In this document: piece by piece, positions 20,337 to 37,170 of the stretch
Layout: every line of letters starts with the position of its first letter
Numbering within the stretch: position 1 is the stretch's first letter
Assembly: GCA_009619075.1 (NCBI GenBank)
Contig: WJOY01000012.1
Location: forward strand, 8,507-72,506
DNA from: Dehalococcoidia bacterium
GTDB lineage: Bacteria > Chloroflexota > Dehalococcoidia > GIF9 > AB-539-J10
Direction: 5' to 3'
Length of the DNA stretch: 64,000 bases
The notes under the pieces: generated by a model
Told to the model about the DNA's origin: nothing
The model's database searches: none
What the model saw: only the letters and a program-made list of their open reading frames with translations
Translations under genes and position numbers: made by a program

Positions 20337-21758
20337 TTATCTTTGCCAGAAGCGGGGCAAAAATATCATCAAAACTGTAAATAACTCCAACCTCCCCAAC
20401 CACATACAGATAATTAAAAGGATCTTCCCCGCCCCAGGAAGCCAAGCATAATTTAAAGCTGGACCCACCCCACCCAAGCCAGGTCCTACATTCCCTAAAG
20501 TAGCTGCCACCGCTGAGAGCGATGTCTCCAAATCAAGCCCTAAGAAACCAAGCGTTATGGAAGCGACAACTGCCACAAGGAGGTAGAGAAAAAAGAAGGA
20601 GATTATATCTCGGATTATTCCCTCTGAGAGAGGTTTTTGGTTATATTTCACCGGAATCACAGCTTTGGGAGAAATAGCCTTTCTCATCATCACCCAGCTA
20701 TGTTTCAGCAAGGTCAAAGTTCGCACCACCTTTATTGCTCCACCGGTAGAACCACCACAGCCTCCAATGAACATCAAAGCTAAAAGCACCATTCTGGCGC
20801 CAAAGTGCCAGGAGCCAAAATCGCAGGTGACAAAGCCGGTAGTAGTCATGATCGAGATTGCCTGAAAGAGACTGTCCCGATATGAGCCAAGTCCTTGAGA
20901 GAGGATTAACAGTAGCGCAGCTACCATCAAAAGAATTAAGTAAAGCCTGAATTCCTCATTTTTAAATATTTTGAGGTTTCCCCTTAAAACGTGGTAATGG
21001 ACAAGAAAATTTGCGCCAGCTAGGAACATAAAGACCATGATGATATATTCAGCTGAGGGATTAGCATAAGCTCCAATGCTTCCAGTAGTGGGGGTAAATC
21101 CACCAGTAGGGAGAGTGCAGAGAGAGACACAAATTGAGTCAAAGAGGTGAAGCTTAGCCAGGAAATAGAGTAGCGCTATCTCAGCAGCGGTGAAAGCGAC
21201 ATAAATCGTCCAAAGAATCCTTGCCGTGGTTTTAATTCTGGGACGGAGCCTTTCAGGCAAAGGACCAGGAAATTCTCGTTCAAAGAGCTGAGAGCCTCCT
21301 ACTCCTAGTCTGGGTAAAATAGCAATAAAAAGAGCTATTACCCCCATCCCACCCAACCATTGAGTAAGGCTACGCCATAAGAGCATACTTCTAGGTAGTT
21401 CTTCTATCTCCTCAAGGATAGTAGCACCGGTGGTAGTAAAGCCTGACATGGCTTCAAAAAAGGCATTGAGGAAATTCCATCCCAGAAAGATATACGGGAC
21501 GGCGCCAAGGAGGGGCATAAGAAGCCAGGTGAAAGCCACTATGGTAAAACCATCGGCACGCTCTATTTCCTTGTCGGTTTTAAGTCCAAATTCAAGAAAT
21601 AGCCCGATAGCTAAAGTAAGCGATAGCGAATATAAAAAAATCCGCCAATCCTCGCCATAATAAACAGCGACTAATAAGGGAAAAACTTGGATTAAAGCGA
21701 GGTATTTTAGAAATGAACCAAGGATATGGAGGGTTAACCTTAGCCTTTGGTGAACCAT
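20337..21758 (-). CDS. trkH: Trk potassium uptake membrane protein
   Basis: FEAMSGFTTTGAT, QWLGGMG, GSTGGAIK, LGRLE. Confidence 0.96.
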   Translation of the reverse strand: MVHQRLRLTLHILGSFLKYLALIQVFPLLVAVYYGEDWRIFLYSLSLTLAIGLFLEFGLKTDKEIERADGFTIVAFTWLLMPLLGAVPYIFLGWNFLNAFFEAMSGFTTTGATILEEIEELPRSMLLWRSLTQWLGGMGVIALFIAILPRLGVGGSQLFEREFPGPLPERLRPRIKTTARILWTIYVAFTAAEIALLYFLAKLHLFDSICVSLCTLPTGGFTPTTGSIGAYANPSAEYIIMVFMFLAGANFLVHYHVLRGNLKIFKNEEFRLYLILLMVAALLLILSQGLGSYRDSLFQAISIMTTTGFVTCDFGSWHFGARMVLLALMFIGGCGGSTGGAIKVVRTLTLLKHSWVMMRKAISPKAVIPVKYNQKPLSEGIIRDIISFFFLYLLVAVVASITLGFLGLDLETSLSAVAATLGNVGPGLGGVGPALNYAWLPGAGKILLIICMWLGRLELFTVLMIFLPRFWQR

Positions 21759-22396
21759 CTATTCATAAAATCGACTCCCTTTTTGGTAGATTTCCAATCT
21801 ACAATGAGAGTCAGCCAATCTTTGGGCTCCATCTTAGTATCTTCATCCAAATATTTTCCCGCTCGCTCCAGCACAAGTATTTTCATACCATTTGGAGTCC
21901 CTGTTTCGGAGGCTTTCTTGCCCACACACTTCATGCCTTCCTCAACCTCTATTTCGAAGATCTCAGCCCTTTCAAAAGAGAGAAAATCCTTCACATAGGG
22001 CTGCAAAATCGTGCGATAAATATGCTTGGCTACCACAGCATGGGGCTTAACCTGGAAGCCAATCCCAGCTTGCTTAAAAGTTTCTACATGCACTGCGTCA
22101 TTCACTAGAGAAATCACTTTCCTTGCTCCCATTTCTTTGGCTAACATACAAATCATTAAATTATCTGAGTCATCATTAGTTAAGGCAACCAAAGCGTCTG
22201 CTCTCTTGACCCTCGCCTCCTCCAGAACTGACTTGTTAGTAGCATCCCCGGTTATCACCATCACGTCAGAGGATGTTGCCATTTCAGTGCACCTTGCCTC
22301 ATCTGAGTCTACAACCACCACCTCATTCCCTTCTTTAACAAGAAGCTCAGCAAGGCTTTTCCCTATGCCGCTTAAGCCGGCTATTATAAGATACAT
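21740..22396 (-). CDS. trkA: Trk potassium uptake NAD-binding protein
   Basis: MYLIIAGLSGIG, GDAT, RCK domains; GGAGGT SD upstream. Confidence 0.92.
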   Translation of the reverse strand: MYLIIAGLSGIGKSLAELLVKEGNEVVVVDSDEARCTEMATSSDVMVITGDATNKSVLEEARVKRADALVALTNDDSDNLMICMLAKEMGARKVISLVNDAVHVETFKQAGIGFQVKPHAVVAKHIYRTILQPYVKDFLSFERAEIFEIEVEEGMKCVGKKASETGTPNGMKILVLERAGKYLDEDTKMEPKDWLTLIVDWKSTKKGVDFMNRWFTKG

Positions 22397-22546
22397 TTCG
22401 TTACCTCCGTCACAAAATTTTGGCTCATCCCTTCGAAGGATGAGCTTTAGCTCGAGGACGGCGAGCAAATTTATCGCCAGGTTTGGAATGCCAATTCGTA
22501 TCCAAAATTAATCCATCCCATAATTAATTTCACTTGCTGGGCGATT

Positions 22547-23335
22547 TTAATTCCTCCCACAATTGTTGTCAACTATTGACTCTTTCCTTAACTCCCGTAG
22601 CCAAGCTATCGATTTAACTTCTCGCTGCAAAAGATATTTTATATACCCCGGCATCACTTGTTCTAACTCTGACCTCAACTCTGATCTTACTTTCACCCGC
22701 CTTGCCGTGGCATAATCAAAACTTTGCCACAAACGAAGAATTTTCAAAGCACCAACCGATAGAGGACGTGAATCAGGCTCTTTTTGACCACAATGGGAAC
22801 ACAGAATGCCACCCTGGCTAGAACTGAAAAAGTTAACCACTGGTTTGATAGGTGAATTACAACCAACGCATCGGTGCAACTGAGGACGATAGCCAAGATA
22901 ATCAAGAAGATGAAGTTCAAAATAACGTAACACAGTTTCACTATCGTCTCCTTGACACAGTCGCTGTAAGGTATCAAGTAGTAAATCAAACAAGGGGTGA
23001 TTCCCACTATTCTCTAAAGTAAAGGAATCAATGAGTTCTAAGACGTAAAGGCCACAAGCCATGCGCCATAAATCACTTTTCAAAACTAGAAAACCATCAA
23101 TGGTTTGGCTTTGGGTAACGATGTCTAGGTTACGTCCCCGGGCTAACATCAGCAAGCTGTGAGTCAAAAGTTCCACATTGCCACCCAACTTGCTTCCCGG
23201 GCGGCAAACCCCCTTAGCTACCGCCTTCAGCTTGCCAAACTCGGGGGTATAAATAGTAAGAATTTTGTCAACTTCTCCAAGCTTGGTTTGTTTGATAATG
23301 ATAGCTTGAGTTTGATAACTTCGAGGTGCTCCCAT
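22547..23335 (-). CDS. recO: DNA repair protein RecO
   Basis: GEVDKILTIYT..GKLKAVAKG; FELHLL..GYRP..CVGC. Confidence 0.95.
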   Translation of the reverse strand: MGAPRSYQTQAIIIKQTKLGEVDKILTIYTPEFGKLKAVAKGVCRPGSKLGGNVELLTHSLLMLARGRNLDIVTQSQTIDGFLVLKSDLWRMACGLYVLELIDSFTLENSGNHPLFDLLLDTLQRLCQGDDSETVLRYFELHLLDYLGYRPQLHRCVGCNSPIKPVVNFFSSSQGGILCSHCGQKEPDSRPLSVGALKILRLWQSFDYATARRVKVRSELRSELEQVMPGYIKYLLQREVKSIAWLRELRKESIVDNNCGRN

Positions 23336-23345
23336 CCATACCCTT

Positions 23346-23945
23346 TTAGAATTCCTGTCTGTCTTCCAAGGCTTGACTCAGGGTCATGTCATCAGCGTAT
23401 TCTAGATCAGCACCAAATGGCAAGCCACGAGCTAAACGGGTAATGCGAATGCCTAAAGGCAGGATCATGCGCCGAAGATACATAGCAGTGGTTTCACCCT
23501 CTAGATTAGGATTGGTTGCCAAGATCACTTCAGTTACCGAACCATCCTGAAGACGGGATAAAAACTCTTTTGCCTTTAGCTCCCCAGGTCCTATTCCCTG
23601 CGCTGGGCTAATGGGCCCATGGAGCACGTGGTAAACACCATTATACTTCCCAGTTCGCTCCAAAGGAGGAATATCTGAAGGTCTCTCAACAACACAAATT
23701 TTAGAATGGTCACGCTCTCTATCCTGGCAAATGCGGCAAGGGTCACAATCAGTGATATAAAAACAAACTGAACACAGCCTTGTCTTTTCCTTCAGAGCCA
23801 AAATAGCTTCAGCTAAAGCTTTGGCTTCTTCCCCTGGCCGGCTCAATAAATAATAAGTTAATCTCTGTGCACTCTTGGGCCCAATCCCAGGTAGTTTATT
23901 AAATGCCTCAACTAGCTTAGTTACAGGCTCAGCAGTGGTTACCAT
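23346..23945 (-). CDS. recR: Recombination mediator RecR
   Basis: LPGIGPKSAQRL, C4 zinc finger, ILATNPNLEGE. Confidence 0.97.
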   Translation of the reverse strand: MVTTAEPVTKLVEAFNKLPGIGPKSAQRLTYYLLSRPGEEAKALAEAILALKEKTRLCSVCFYITDCDPCRICQDRERDHSKICVVERPSDIPPLERTGKYNGVYHVLHGPISPAQGIGPGELKAKEFLSRLQDGSVTEVILATNPNLEGETTAMYLRRMILPLGIRITRLARGLPFGADLEYADDMTLSQALEDRQEF

Positions 23946-23947
23946 TT

Positions 23948-25531
23948 TTATTCCTCTCTTATTTCAGCTCCCATTTCCAGCGCAGCCTTAATCAAAGGAT
24001 TTTGCTCCTTCTCTTGAGGTGGGATTTTCCTTTTGTAGTCAACTAAGATACACTTCAGCTTGTAAGGCTGACCAAAAACCTCTTTAAGCTTTCTCTCCAC
24101 CAGATGTTGATATTTGGGGTCTTCGATCTTCTCTTTATGGAAAGAATAGTAAAACCCTAATACTAAAGTATCATCCTCCAGAGCTACTGGCTCACAGGCA
24201 CTACGCAAAAAGGCATCCAAATTGCCGCTGGAGCCCTCCCCCCGCAAAGACTGAATGAATTCCTTCCACCGACTACGCAAGTAGTCAATATCTTGAGAAA
24301 CCTCTGTGCTTGCCCCGTGAGATAGTAAATATCTCACGGGGCTTGAAGTCTCAATATTGTTTGCCACTACAGGAAATTCAGCTTCTTGAGTGGGCTGGAT
24401 TGACTCCCGAGACGTCTCTGGAAGTTCCGTCATTGTTGACTCATCTCGTCCAGTCACCAGAGATAAGGCACAGTCCATTAAAGCTAACTCTAAAGGCAAA
24501 GTGGAATAATTATCACTGCGAAAATCTACACTGGAGAAAAGTTTGACCGCCTTGAGTAGATATTCAAAAGTGGCATTAGCCGCAAGCCCATTCATCTCAG
24601 CTAAATCTTCCGCAGTAACATCCAAAGCCTCATTACATTGGGACTTAGCCAGCAACAACCCTCGGAGATATTCCACTAGCCCCAGATTAAACTGGCGAAG
24701 GTCAACGCCATCGCTATTGACGCTATTTATAACTTGAAGACCAGCAGAAACATCCTTATTGACAATATGCTTTGCCAGTTGCCTAACCCGAGGGTCACTG
24801 CTGACACCAAGCGCTGTCTGAACTTGTTCCAAATCAATTTGATTGCCATGGTAAGCAATTAGCTGCTGCAATATATTTTCCGCGTCTCGGAGACTTCCTG
24901 TAGCTGCCCGAGCAATAAGCTTCAAGGATTCAACTCCAATATGAATACCCTCTTTTTGACATATTAACTCCAGCTTACCGATTATCGCTGTTTGGGACAG
25001 GCGACGAAAGTTAAAGCGCTGACACCTCGACATAATAGTAGGTATCACCTTGTGAGGTTCTGTAGTAGCCAAGACGAAAATGACATGAGGAGGTGGTTCC
25101 TCTAAAGTCTTAAGCAAGGCATTGGAAGCCGCCTCAGTAAGCATATGGACTTCATCTATAATATATACCTTATAGCGAGCACGGCTGGGGGCATAGTTAA
25201 CCTTTTCCCTGAGGCTACGAACTTCATCAATACCACGATTACTAGCAGCATCTATCTCTATTACGTCTAAAGCTTTGCCTTCAGTGATTGAGTGACATAT
25301 ATCGCAAGCATCACATGGCTCACCATCTACCTGATTAAGGCAGTTAACCGCTTTAGCTAGGATACGCCCGGTGCTAGTCTTCCCCGTGCCTCGAGGACCA
25401 CAAAAAAGATAAGCATGAGCTACTTTCCCATTCTCCACAGCATGGCGTAAAGTTTGAGTCACCGGCTCCTGCCCCACCACCTCAGCTAAGGTTTGCGGAC
25501 GCCACTTACGATAAAAAACCTCCGAGCCCAT
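23948..25531 (-). CDS. dnaX: DNA polymerase III gamma/tau
   Basis: YRKWRPQ, GPRGTGKT, EIDAAS, IIDEVHML, SRCQRF. Confidence 0.97.
   Translation of the reverse strand: MGSEVFYRKWRPQTLAEVVGQEPVTQTLRHAVENGKVAHAYLFCGPRGTGKTSTGRILAKAVNCLNQVDGEPCDACDICHSITEGKALDVIEIDAASNRGIDEVRSLREKVNYAPSRARYKVYIIDEVHMLTEAASNALLKTLEEPPPHVIFVLATTEPHKVIPTIMSRCQRFNFRRLSQTAIIGKLELICQKEGIHIGVESLKLIARAATGSLRDAENILQQLIAYHGNQIDLEQVQTALGVSSDPRVRQLAKHIVNKDVSAGLQVINSVNSDGVDLRQFNLGLVEYLRGLLLAKSQCNEALDVTAEDLAEMNGLAANATFEYLLKAVKLFSSVDFRSDNYSTLPLELALMDCALSLVTGRDESTMTELPETSRESIQPTQEAEFPVVANNIETSSPVRYLLSHGASTEVSQDIDYLRSRWKEFIQSLRGEGSSGNLDAFLRSACEPVALEDDTLVLGFYYSFHKEKIEDPKYQHLVERKLKEVFGQPYKLKCILVDYKRKIPPQEKEQNPLIKAALEMGAEIREE
24309..24345. 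mobile_element. 29-bp palindromic mini-element with 4-bp target-site duplication, in frame in dnaX
   Basis: CTTG|CCCCGTGAGAT-agtaaat-ATCTCACGGGG|CTTG; 29+4=33 bp. Confidence 0.75.
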
Positions 25532-25585
25532 ATGCTAACCTTATTATACTCCTCACCGCCTAATGAAGGAAGATTTTTAACAAAA

Positions 25586-26428
25586 TTACTGACTTGAGCC
25601 ACTTTCTATGATGGAAATTGTTTTATTGTAATCCTCTTCCATGTCCTCAATAGCCTGCTGTAAAACTGGTTTTAGCTCTTCAGGGGCTTTGTCTAAGGCA
25701 TTCCTTAATGCAGCTAAGCTCTTTGCCCGGCTTTGGCTTAGCACTATCTCCAGTTCCTCAGCATCTTTTCCTTTACTATAAGCTTCAGCTCCACCGGGTA
25801 GGGCTGGAGTCAGAGTGGGAGCCGATGCTCTTGGCCCTTTTTCCTCGACTTCGACTTCCGGCGTTTTCTCCATCACATACACCTTGTCCAAATGATTGGC
25901 AACTTGCTCGGTTAGCATAAAAATCTCATCGGATTTGCCCTGGCACGCCATCTCAACCATCTCACCTGCTCTACACTCAGCAAATTGGATATGAAGCTTT
26001 GCCTTGTCTATATCAGAAAAAGCTAATGCCACCTTCACCTGCTCCCCAGCTAACTTGACAGGATAAAGAGACCCATCGGGCAAAGCATATGCTGAAGCAG
26101 CAAGTGTTCCCACACCAATAAGCAGAAACCCTAGAATAGCAGCCATAGCCAAAGCCCACCTCCTCTGCCAAATAGGAATCCTTGCTCTCCTTTCCTCTTT
26201 CTTCTGTTTGGCATAAAGCATTGCTTGAAGCTGAGAATGAACTCTTGCCTTAAACTCAGGGTCGGGTTGAATAGCAGAGGACCGTTGCATAAAAACAAGG
26301 CTAACTTTGAGTAAAGGCTCTAGTTCAGGGGCTTGCTTAGGATAAGCCTTGAGGCAATCCTCAATGCTTTCACTCTTAAATATGCGCTCCAAACAATTGT
26401 CAAGAATATCTTCTATCTTTCGAGTCAT
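25586..26428 (-). CDS. Putative anti-sigma factor (DUF5667-like)
   Basis: DCLKAYP, TM segment, [15 protein letters not shown]; directly follows an ECF sigma. Confidence 0.8.
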   Translation of the reverse strand: MTRKIEDILDNCLERIFKSESIEDCLKAYPKQAPELEPLLKVSLVFMQRSSAIQPDPEFKARVHSQLQAMLYAKQKKEERRARIPIWQRRWALAMAAILGFLLIGVGTLAASAYALPDGSLYPVKLAGEQVKVALAFSDIDKAKLHIQFAECRAGEMVEMACQGKSDEIFMLTEQVANHLDKVYVMEKTPEVEVEEKGPRASAPTLTPALPGGAEAYSKGKDAEELEIVLSQSRAKSLAALRNALDKAPEELKPVLQQAIEDMEEDYNKTISIIESGSSQ

Positions 26429-26430
26429 CT

Positions 26431-26970
26431 CTACCTATCACCCAACATTAATTTCCTTAATGCCACTATGCCATTATATTGCAAAGCCTTTACCGTGCCT
26501 TCGTTTTTCCCCAAAACTTTAGCTGCCTCTGCGACTGAAAGCTCACTTCCAAAACGGAGTGAGATTACCTCCCGCTGCGCCGGAGATAATTTCTTTACAT
26601 TGTTAATCAATTCCTCAATTTCAAGCTCCCGTTCAGCCATAAGCGCTGGATTTGACCCACTAACTAAGGTTATATCGTCCTCCAAAGCTACCTTTCCCAC
26701 TCTACCTTGCTTTCTTAAATAATCTATTACCTGATTATGGGCAATGCGAAATAGCCAAGCCACGAAAGGTAAATTCCGCCACTTGTAAGAGCCAATCGCC
26801 TCCAAAGCTTTAACAAATACCTCCTGAGTTAAATCCTCAGCTTCGGCTTGATTCCCCACTTTGAGGTAAACATAGCGATAAATCCTATCGAAATGTTCCT
26901 CGTAAAGTTGAGCAAAGGCTCCTCCATCGCCCTTTACTGCTCGGGAAACTACATCCTTCTCAATAGACAT
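26431..26970 (-). CDS. ECF sigma factor
   Basis: [18 protein letters not shown], region 4 HTH. Confidence 0.95.
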   Translation of the reverse strand: MSIEKDVVSRAVKGDGGAFAQLYEEHFDRIYRYVYLKVGNQAEAEDLTQEVFVKALEAIGSYKWRNLPFVAWLFRIAHNQVIDYLRKQGRVGKVALEDDITLVSGSNPALMAERELEIEELINNVKKLSPAQREVISLRFGSELSVAEAAKVLGKNEGTVKALQYNGIVALRKLMLGDR

Positions 26971-27300
26971 CAGATTGATGTCTATTATATATGAAAACGA
27001 AAAGAGAGAGAAAAAGTTTATAGTGGGCGCAGAAACCTTAAGCCATCGACTTCACACTAAAGAAAGTTCAAAATTTAGATAAAGCAGGGAAGGTCTGCCA
27101 ATGAGCAAAGTAAAGCAGATCTTCAATAATGCAGCTTGATTCGTAAAGAAGCGCTGGCAGAGCTTGAGCTCCTCTATGGCGACTACTTCTATTCCGGAAC
27201 TCTAGAGCCCAGAGACCAAACAGAACGAAAGATTAGAGAAACAAGCCTCTATATTAACGACGCTAAGAAGCTGGCTGGAGTTCAAAAAGGGCAACGAAGC

Positions 27301-27723
27301 CTAAGAAGCTTTGCTAGCCTGCCTCTCAGCCCAGTTACCCACCCAGGGCAGTTTCCACATCTTGCCAGTCCCCGCTTGAATCATCAAGACAATCCATAAA
27401 ACAAGGCCCAGAATTCCAATAATCCAGTCAAAAACCAAACCAATGATGGGAATCCAGCCCAAGACCAAGCTTGCTACGGTCAATACGCCAAAGGTCATGA
27501 TGGATTGCCAGGCGTGGAATTTGACGAACTTGTTCCTTTTTTCAATCACCAGGAAAACTATTCCTGAAATCCAACCGAGAACATAACACAGAAGCCCTGC
27601 TACGTTAGCTGACAGCCCTACGCTGGTTTCCGAGGGCTTAGCAGAAACACCAAGCTCGGCACCACACTTAGAGCAAAACTTAGCCCCCTCGGGATTTTCA
27701 GCGCCACATTTGGGACAAAACAT
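27301..27723 (-). CDS. Zinc-ribbon + DUF4870-type membrane protein
   Basis: MFCPKCGAENPEGAKFCSKCG; LCYVLGWISG..FVKFHAWQS. Confidence 0.85.
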   Translation of the reverse strand: MFCPKCGAENPEGAKFCSKCGAELGVSAKPSETSVGLSANVAGLLCYVLGWISGIVFLVIEKRNKFVKFHAWQSIMTFGVLTVASLVLGWIPIIGLVFDWIIGILGLVLWIVLMIQAGTGKMWKLPWVGNWAERQASKAS

Positions 27724-27773
27724 ATCTCACCTCCTATATCCAATTTAGTCCATATCACAGTTTTGCCAATACA

Positions 27774-31643
<3,870 letters not shown>

Positions 31644-31691
31644 TTTTCAACTCACAAATTATACCATACTATCAACTAGAGCCTTGATTCG

Positions 31692-32270
31692 CTAATTGAA
31701 CCTGCTCATCGCCACTTCCATCCCTTGATTAAGGAAACAATCAATAGCTTCAGCTACACTAGCAATTACTGACTTGATTAGTTCTTCCTCTTGAGGAGTA
31801 AAGTCGCTGAGCACATAACTGACTATAACATCTTCACCAGTATTAGATAATCCCCCTACTTGAGGACGTCCAATACCAACTCTGATTCGAGGAAAATCCT
31901 CGTTTTTCAGGACAGAAATGATAGATTCCATCCCCTTATGCCCACCCGAACCACCACCGGGACGCAGACGAATCTTGCCCAGAGGCAAATCGAGGTCATC
32001 ATGAATTACTAAAAGGTCACCTAGAGGAACATTATGCTTACTCACCAAGCGACTTACTGCTTTGCCGCTGAGGTTAACGAATGTTCTTGGCTTGGCAAGC
32101 AGTAGTTTCTCGCCTCCTAATTCGCCGGTGCCTACCCTAGCCTGGCACTGCCTGCGGTCAAAACGAATAGAATGAAGCTTGGCAAAATAATTCAAGCAGC
32201 GAAAGCCAACGTTATGACGATTACGCGCATAAGCCTTACCAGGATTGCCCAAGCCAACAACGAGTTTCAT
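31692..32270 (-). CDS. pth: Peptidyl-tRNA hydrolase
   Basis: VGLGNPG, RHNVGF, HDDLDLPLG, GGHKG. Confidence 0.97.
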   Translation of the reverse strand: MKLVVGLGNPGKAYARNRHNVGFRCLNYFAKLHSIRFDRRQCQARVGTGELGGEKLLLAKPRTFVNLSGKAVSRLVSKHNVPLGDLLVIHDDLDLPLGKIRLRPGGGSGGHKGMESIISVLKNEDFPRIRVGIGRPQVGGLSNTGEDVIVSYVLSDFTPQEEELIKSVIASVAEAIDCFLNQGMEVAMSRFN

Positions 32271-32341
32271 TAGCACCGGTCTTACTTCATGATATATTAT
32301 AGACTAAAAGAAGATATGTTTTACTCTTATTGGGAAAATAG

Positions 32342-34884
<2,543 letters not shown>

Positions 34885-34966
34885 CTAAAATAGGCAGACA
34901 GAAATGCCGTTTACCGAACGCAGACCTGAAAAGCAAACTACAGGCATTGCCAAGGAAAGTTTTTAG

Positions 34967-35689
34967 TTAATTCTTTTGCCCGAACGGGCAGATATAAATA
35001 CACATACCACAGGCGCGTGCACCAATGGTCTGCTCTTGGTCACTAACATAGCGGTCGCATGCTTCAGCAGCAAATATCTCGCTCCTTGGTCGGGGCCTAT
35101 CAAAAGCCTGTCCAGTAAAAGCATGCACGGGACAAGCTTCCACGCATACGCGGCAGTCTTGGCACATCTCATCCATAGGCATTCCAGCTTCCAACGGAGC
35201 ATCCGTGAGCACGGTACCCCACCTCACGCGGGGACCATGTTTTGGCGTAATGAGCAAAGCGCTCTTGCCAATCCATCCCAGTCCGGCTAAATGAGCTGCT
35301 AATTTGTGGGAGAACACACCAGCAAGTCTAGTTTTACCCACCCTTTGAGAAGATGGGACAATGAAAGCTTGAAAACCGGCTTTATCCAGGGATTGGGCTA
35401 ACATCAAAGAAATCGAGTCTATGCGGGGATTTACAATTTGATGCGCGTGATACCAATAGGTATGTATGGCAGCAGCATCGCTATGATATCTCAGCGCATT
35501 TACAATGCTATCCATAAGAACGAAACCATGAGAAACAGCTCGCGGAAACTGAGCTAGAAATTCTCCGCCTTGCTCTGAAATACACTGCCTGGCAGGAGTA
35601 AGGTCAGCTATGCCGAAGTAAGTTGCCCCCACATTCTTGGCCAAAGATTCTAGCTTGCCTCCAAGATTTACCTTATCCCTATCTTTCAT
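34967..35689 (-). CDS. Epoxyqueuosine reductase-like 4Fe-4S protein
   Basis: SHKLAAHLAGLGWIGK, GPRVRWGTVLTD, CQDCRVCVEACP, CGMCIYICP. Confidence 0.8.
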   Translation of the reverse strand: MKDRDKVNLGGKLESLAKNVGATYFGIADLTPARQCISEQGGEFLAQFPRAVSHGFVLMDSIVNALRYHSDAAAIHTYWYHAHQIVNPRIDSISLMLAQSLDKAGFQAFIVPSSQRVGKTRLAGVFSHKLAAHLAGLGWIGKSALLITPKHGPRVRWGTVLTDAPLEAGMPMDEMCQDCRVCVEACPVHAFTGQAFDRPRPRSEIFAAEACDRYVSDQEQTIGARACGMCIYICPFGQKN

Positions 35690-35791
35690 AGCTAACTCCT
35701 ATCTATCTATAAGTATAGCACAGCAAAGCTTCCCAACCTCAATTTTACTCTCAACCGATACCGAAACTACTAACTCTGAGAGCGTTTCTTT

Positions 35792-35846
35792 TGTCACCCT
35801 GAGCGATAGCGAAGGGTCTAGATTCTTCGCTTTGCTCAGAATGACA
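35792..35846. repeat. REP-like palindrome at the core/accessory boundary
   Basis: tgtcaccctgagcgatagcgaagggtctagattcttcgctttgctcagaatgaca. Confidence 0.85.
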
Positions 35847-35885
35847 GGAGGGGGGTGCTAAACGACCTCCTAACTCCACGATATT

Positions 35886-35949
35886 TGCTATAATCAGAGC
35901 AGGTACATAGAAATGGCTTTCCTCTACTTCATCTAATCAGATGTTAGCC
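35886..35949 (+). promoter_or_regulatory. Extended -10 promoter plus possible attI-like site
   Basis: TGCTATAAT at 35886; cttcatcta-7 bp-GTTAGCC, the same geometry as the other att-like elements. Confidence 0.45.
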
Positions 35950-35971
35950 GCAATATGCAGGAGGTTTTAAA

Positions 35972-36640
35972 ATGAAATTCCTTCTATTCTCAAAAATACC
36001 ATTCGAAGTTTTTGACCCCGTTGCTTTAATTGAGTCCTACTGTTTCCAAAGCGATTTTTATGAGAACTACGACCTTCTGCTTTTGAAAGGTAAAAGGAAA
36101 GTTGAGGATGCAAATAAAATAGGCGCACGTATAGGGGAAGAGGTACTTCCAGAATGCAAGATTGTAACTGAAGGCGCAACGGATTTGCGCATATTTCAAT
36201 ATGATAATAAATATGGCCTCGATAGTTTTTTGGAACTGGATGATGAAGCTATTAATGATTATGTTAATGAACTCAATGAGAGGGTTATTAAGAAACTGTT
36301 GAAAATCAAAACAATCGGGTTGTCAAAAGCTACGAAGGTTCTACATACACTTTATCCAGAGATCATTCCAATACTTGATAATGCACTTCAGGAAGAATAT
36401 TGTAAGGAAATCAATCCTCACTGGACGGAAGAGCAATCCAATCGAATCTTCATTGATTATTATAAGAATCTAGGCGAGGGCGATAATATGCAAAATCTAA
36501 CTCTGATTTTGAAAACCATTTCTGGAAATAACCTTGTATGCCTAACAAAGGTGATGATTTTTGACATTCTCTGGTGGTCATATCTAAAAGCTAAGAAACT
36601 AAGCCAAGAAAAGAAGATTAATTGGTCTACGATAAAATAA
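35972..36640 (+). CDS. Hypothetical protein, DUF6308-like (HhH-like TKVLH..P..IPILD motif)
   Basis: IGLSKATKVLHTLYPEIIPILDN; same motif as 62989-63606. Confidence 0.55.
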   Translation: MKFLLFSKIPFEVFDPVALIESYCFQSDFYENYDLLLLKGKRKVEDANKIGARIGEEVLPECKIVTEGATDLRIFQYDNKYGLDSFLELDDEAINDYVNELNERVIKKLLKIKTIGLSKATKVLHTLYPEIIPILDNALQEEYCKEINPHWTEEQSNRIFIDYYKNLGEGDNMQNLTLILKTISGNNLVCLTKVMIFDILWWSYLKAKKLSQEKKINWSTIK

Positions 36641-36647
36641 TGAAACT

Positions 36648-37136
36648 ATGAATGAGATAAAGTACAAGCCAATCGGAGTCATCCATTCTCCGTTCAAAGA
36701 ACCCAAAGGAACACCTATACAACCTGCGGGTGGCAAGGGTATCGATGGAATGGTTGAGGTATTCCCAGAATATGCCGAAGGCTTAAAAGATGTTGAAGGC
36801 TTTTCTCACATTATTTTGATATACCACTTCCATTTATCCAAAGAATCGCTCTTAAAAGTAAAACCGTATATGGATAACGAAGCGCATGGAGTCTTTGCCA
36901 TGCGAGGTCCAAGTAGACCGAACTCGATTGGCATCTCGGTAGTGCGTCTTATCAAGATTAGAGAGAATATACTCCATATTCAAGATATAGACATCGTAGA
37001 TGGAACTCCCCTTCTGGATATCAAGCCTTATGTGCCAGAATTCGACATTAGAAAAGTAGAGAAAATAGGATGGCTGGAGAAAAAGGTGCATAAACTTTCA
37101 ACCTCAAAAGATGATGGGAGGTTCACCATATGTTAA
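36648..37136 (+). CDS. tsaA: tRNA m6t6A37 methyltransferase TrmO/TsaA
   Basis: PIGVIHSPF, GVFAMRGPSRPNSIG, DGTPLLDIKPY. Confidence 0.93.
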   Translation: MNEIKYKPIGVIHSPFKEPKGTPIQPAGGKGIDGMVEVFPEYAEGLKDVEGFSHIILIYHFHLSKESLLKVKPYMDNEAHGVFAMRGPSRPNSIGISVVRLIKIRENILHIQDIDIVDGTPLLDIKPYVPEFDIRKVEKIGWLEKKVHKLSTSKDDGRFTIC

Positions 37137-37170
37137 ACAACATCAGCGTTATTTTAAGGAGGAGACAAAC

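Noticed and set aside
27101..27399. ORF 27136-27399
   Set aside because: No recognisable motif, overlaps a convergent gene, and has an upstream in-frame stop; at most a remnant.
34967..35689. Reductive dehalogenase
   Set aside because: Only 240 aa, with no Tat signal and no rdhB partner; it fits the QueG-like Fe-S family.
37132..37142. GTTAAAC at the tsaA end and GGCTAAC at 52937 as att junctions
   Set aside because: Only 7-bp matches without a supporting hairpin or upstream box.
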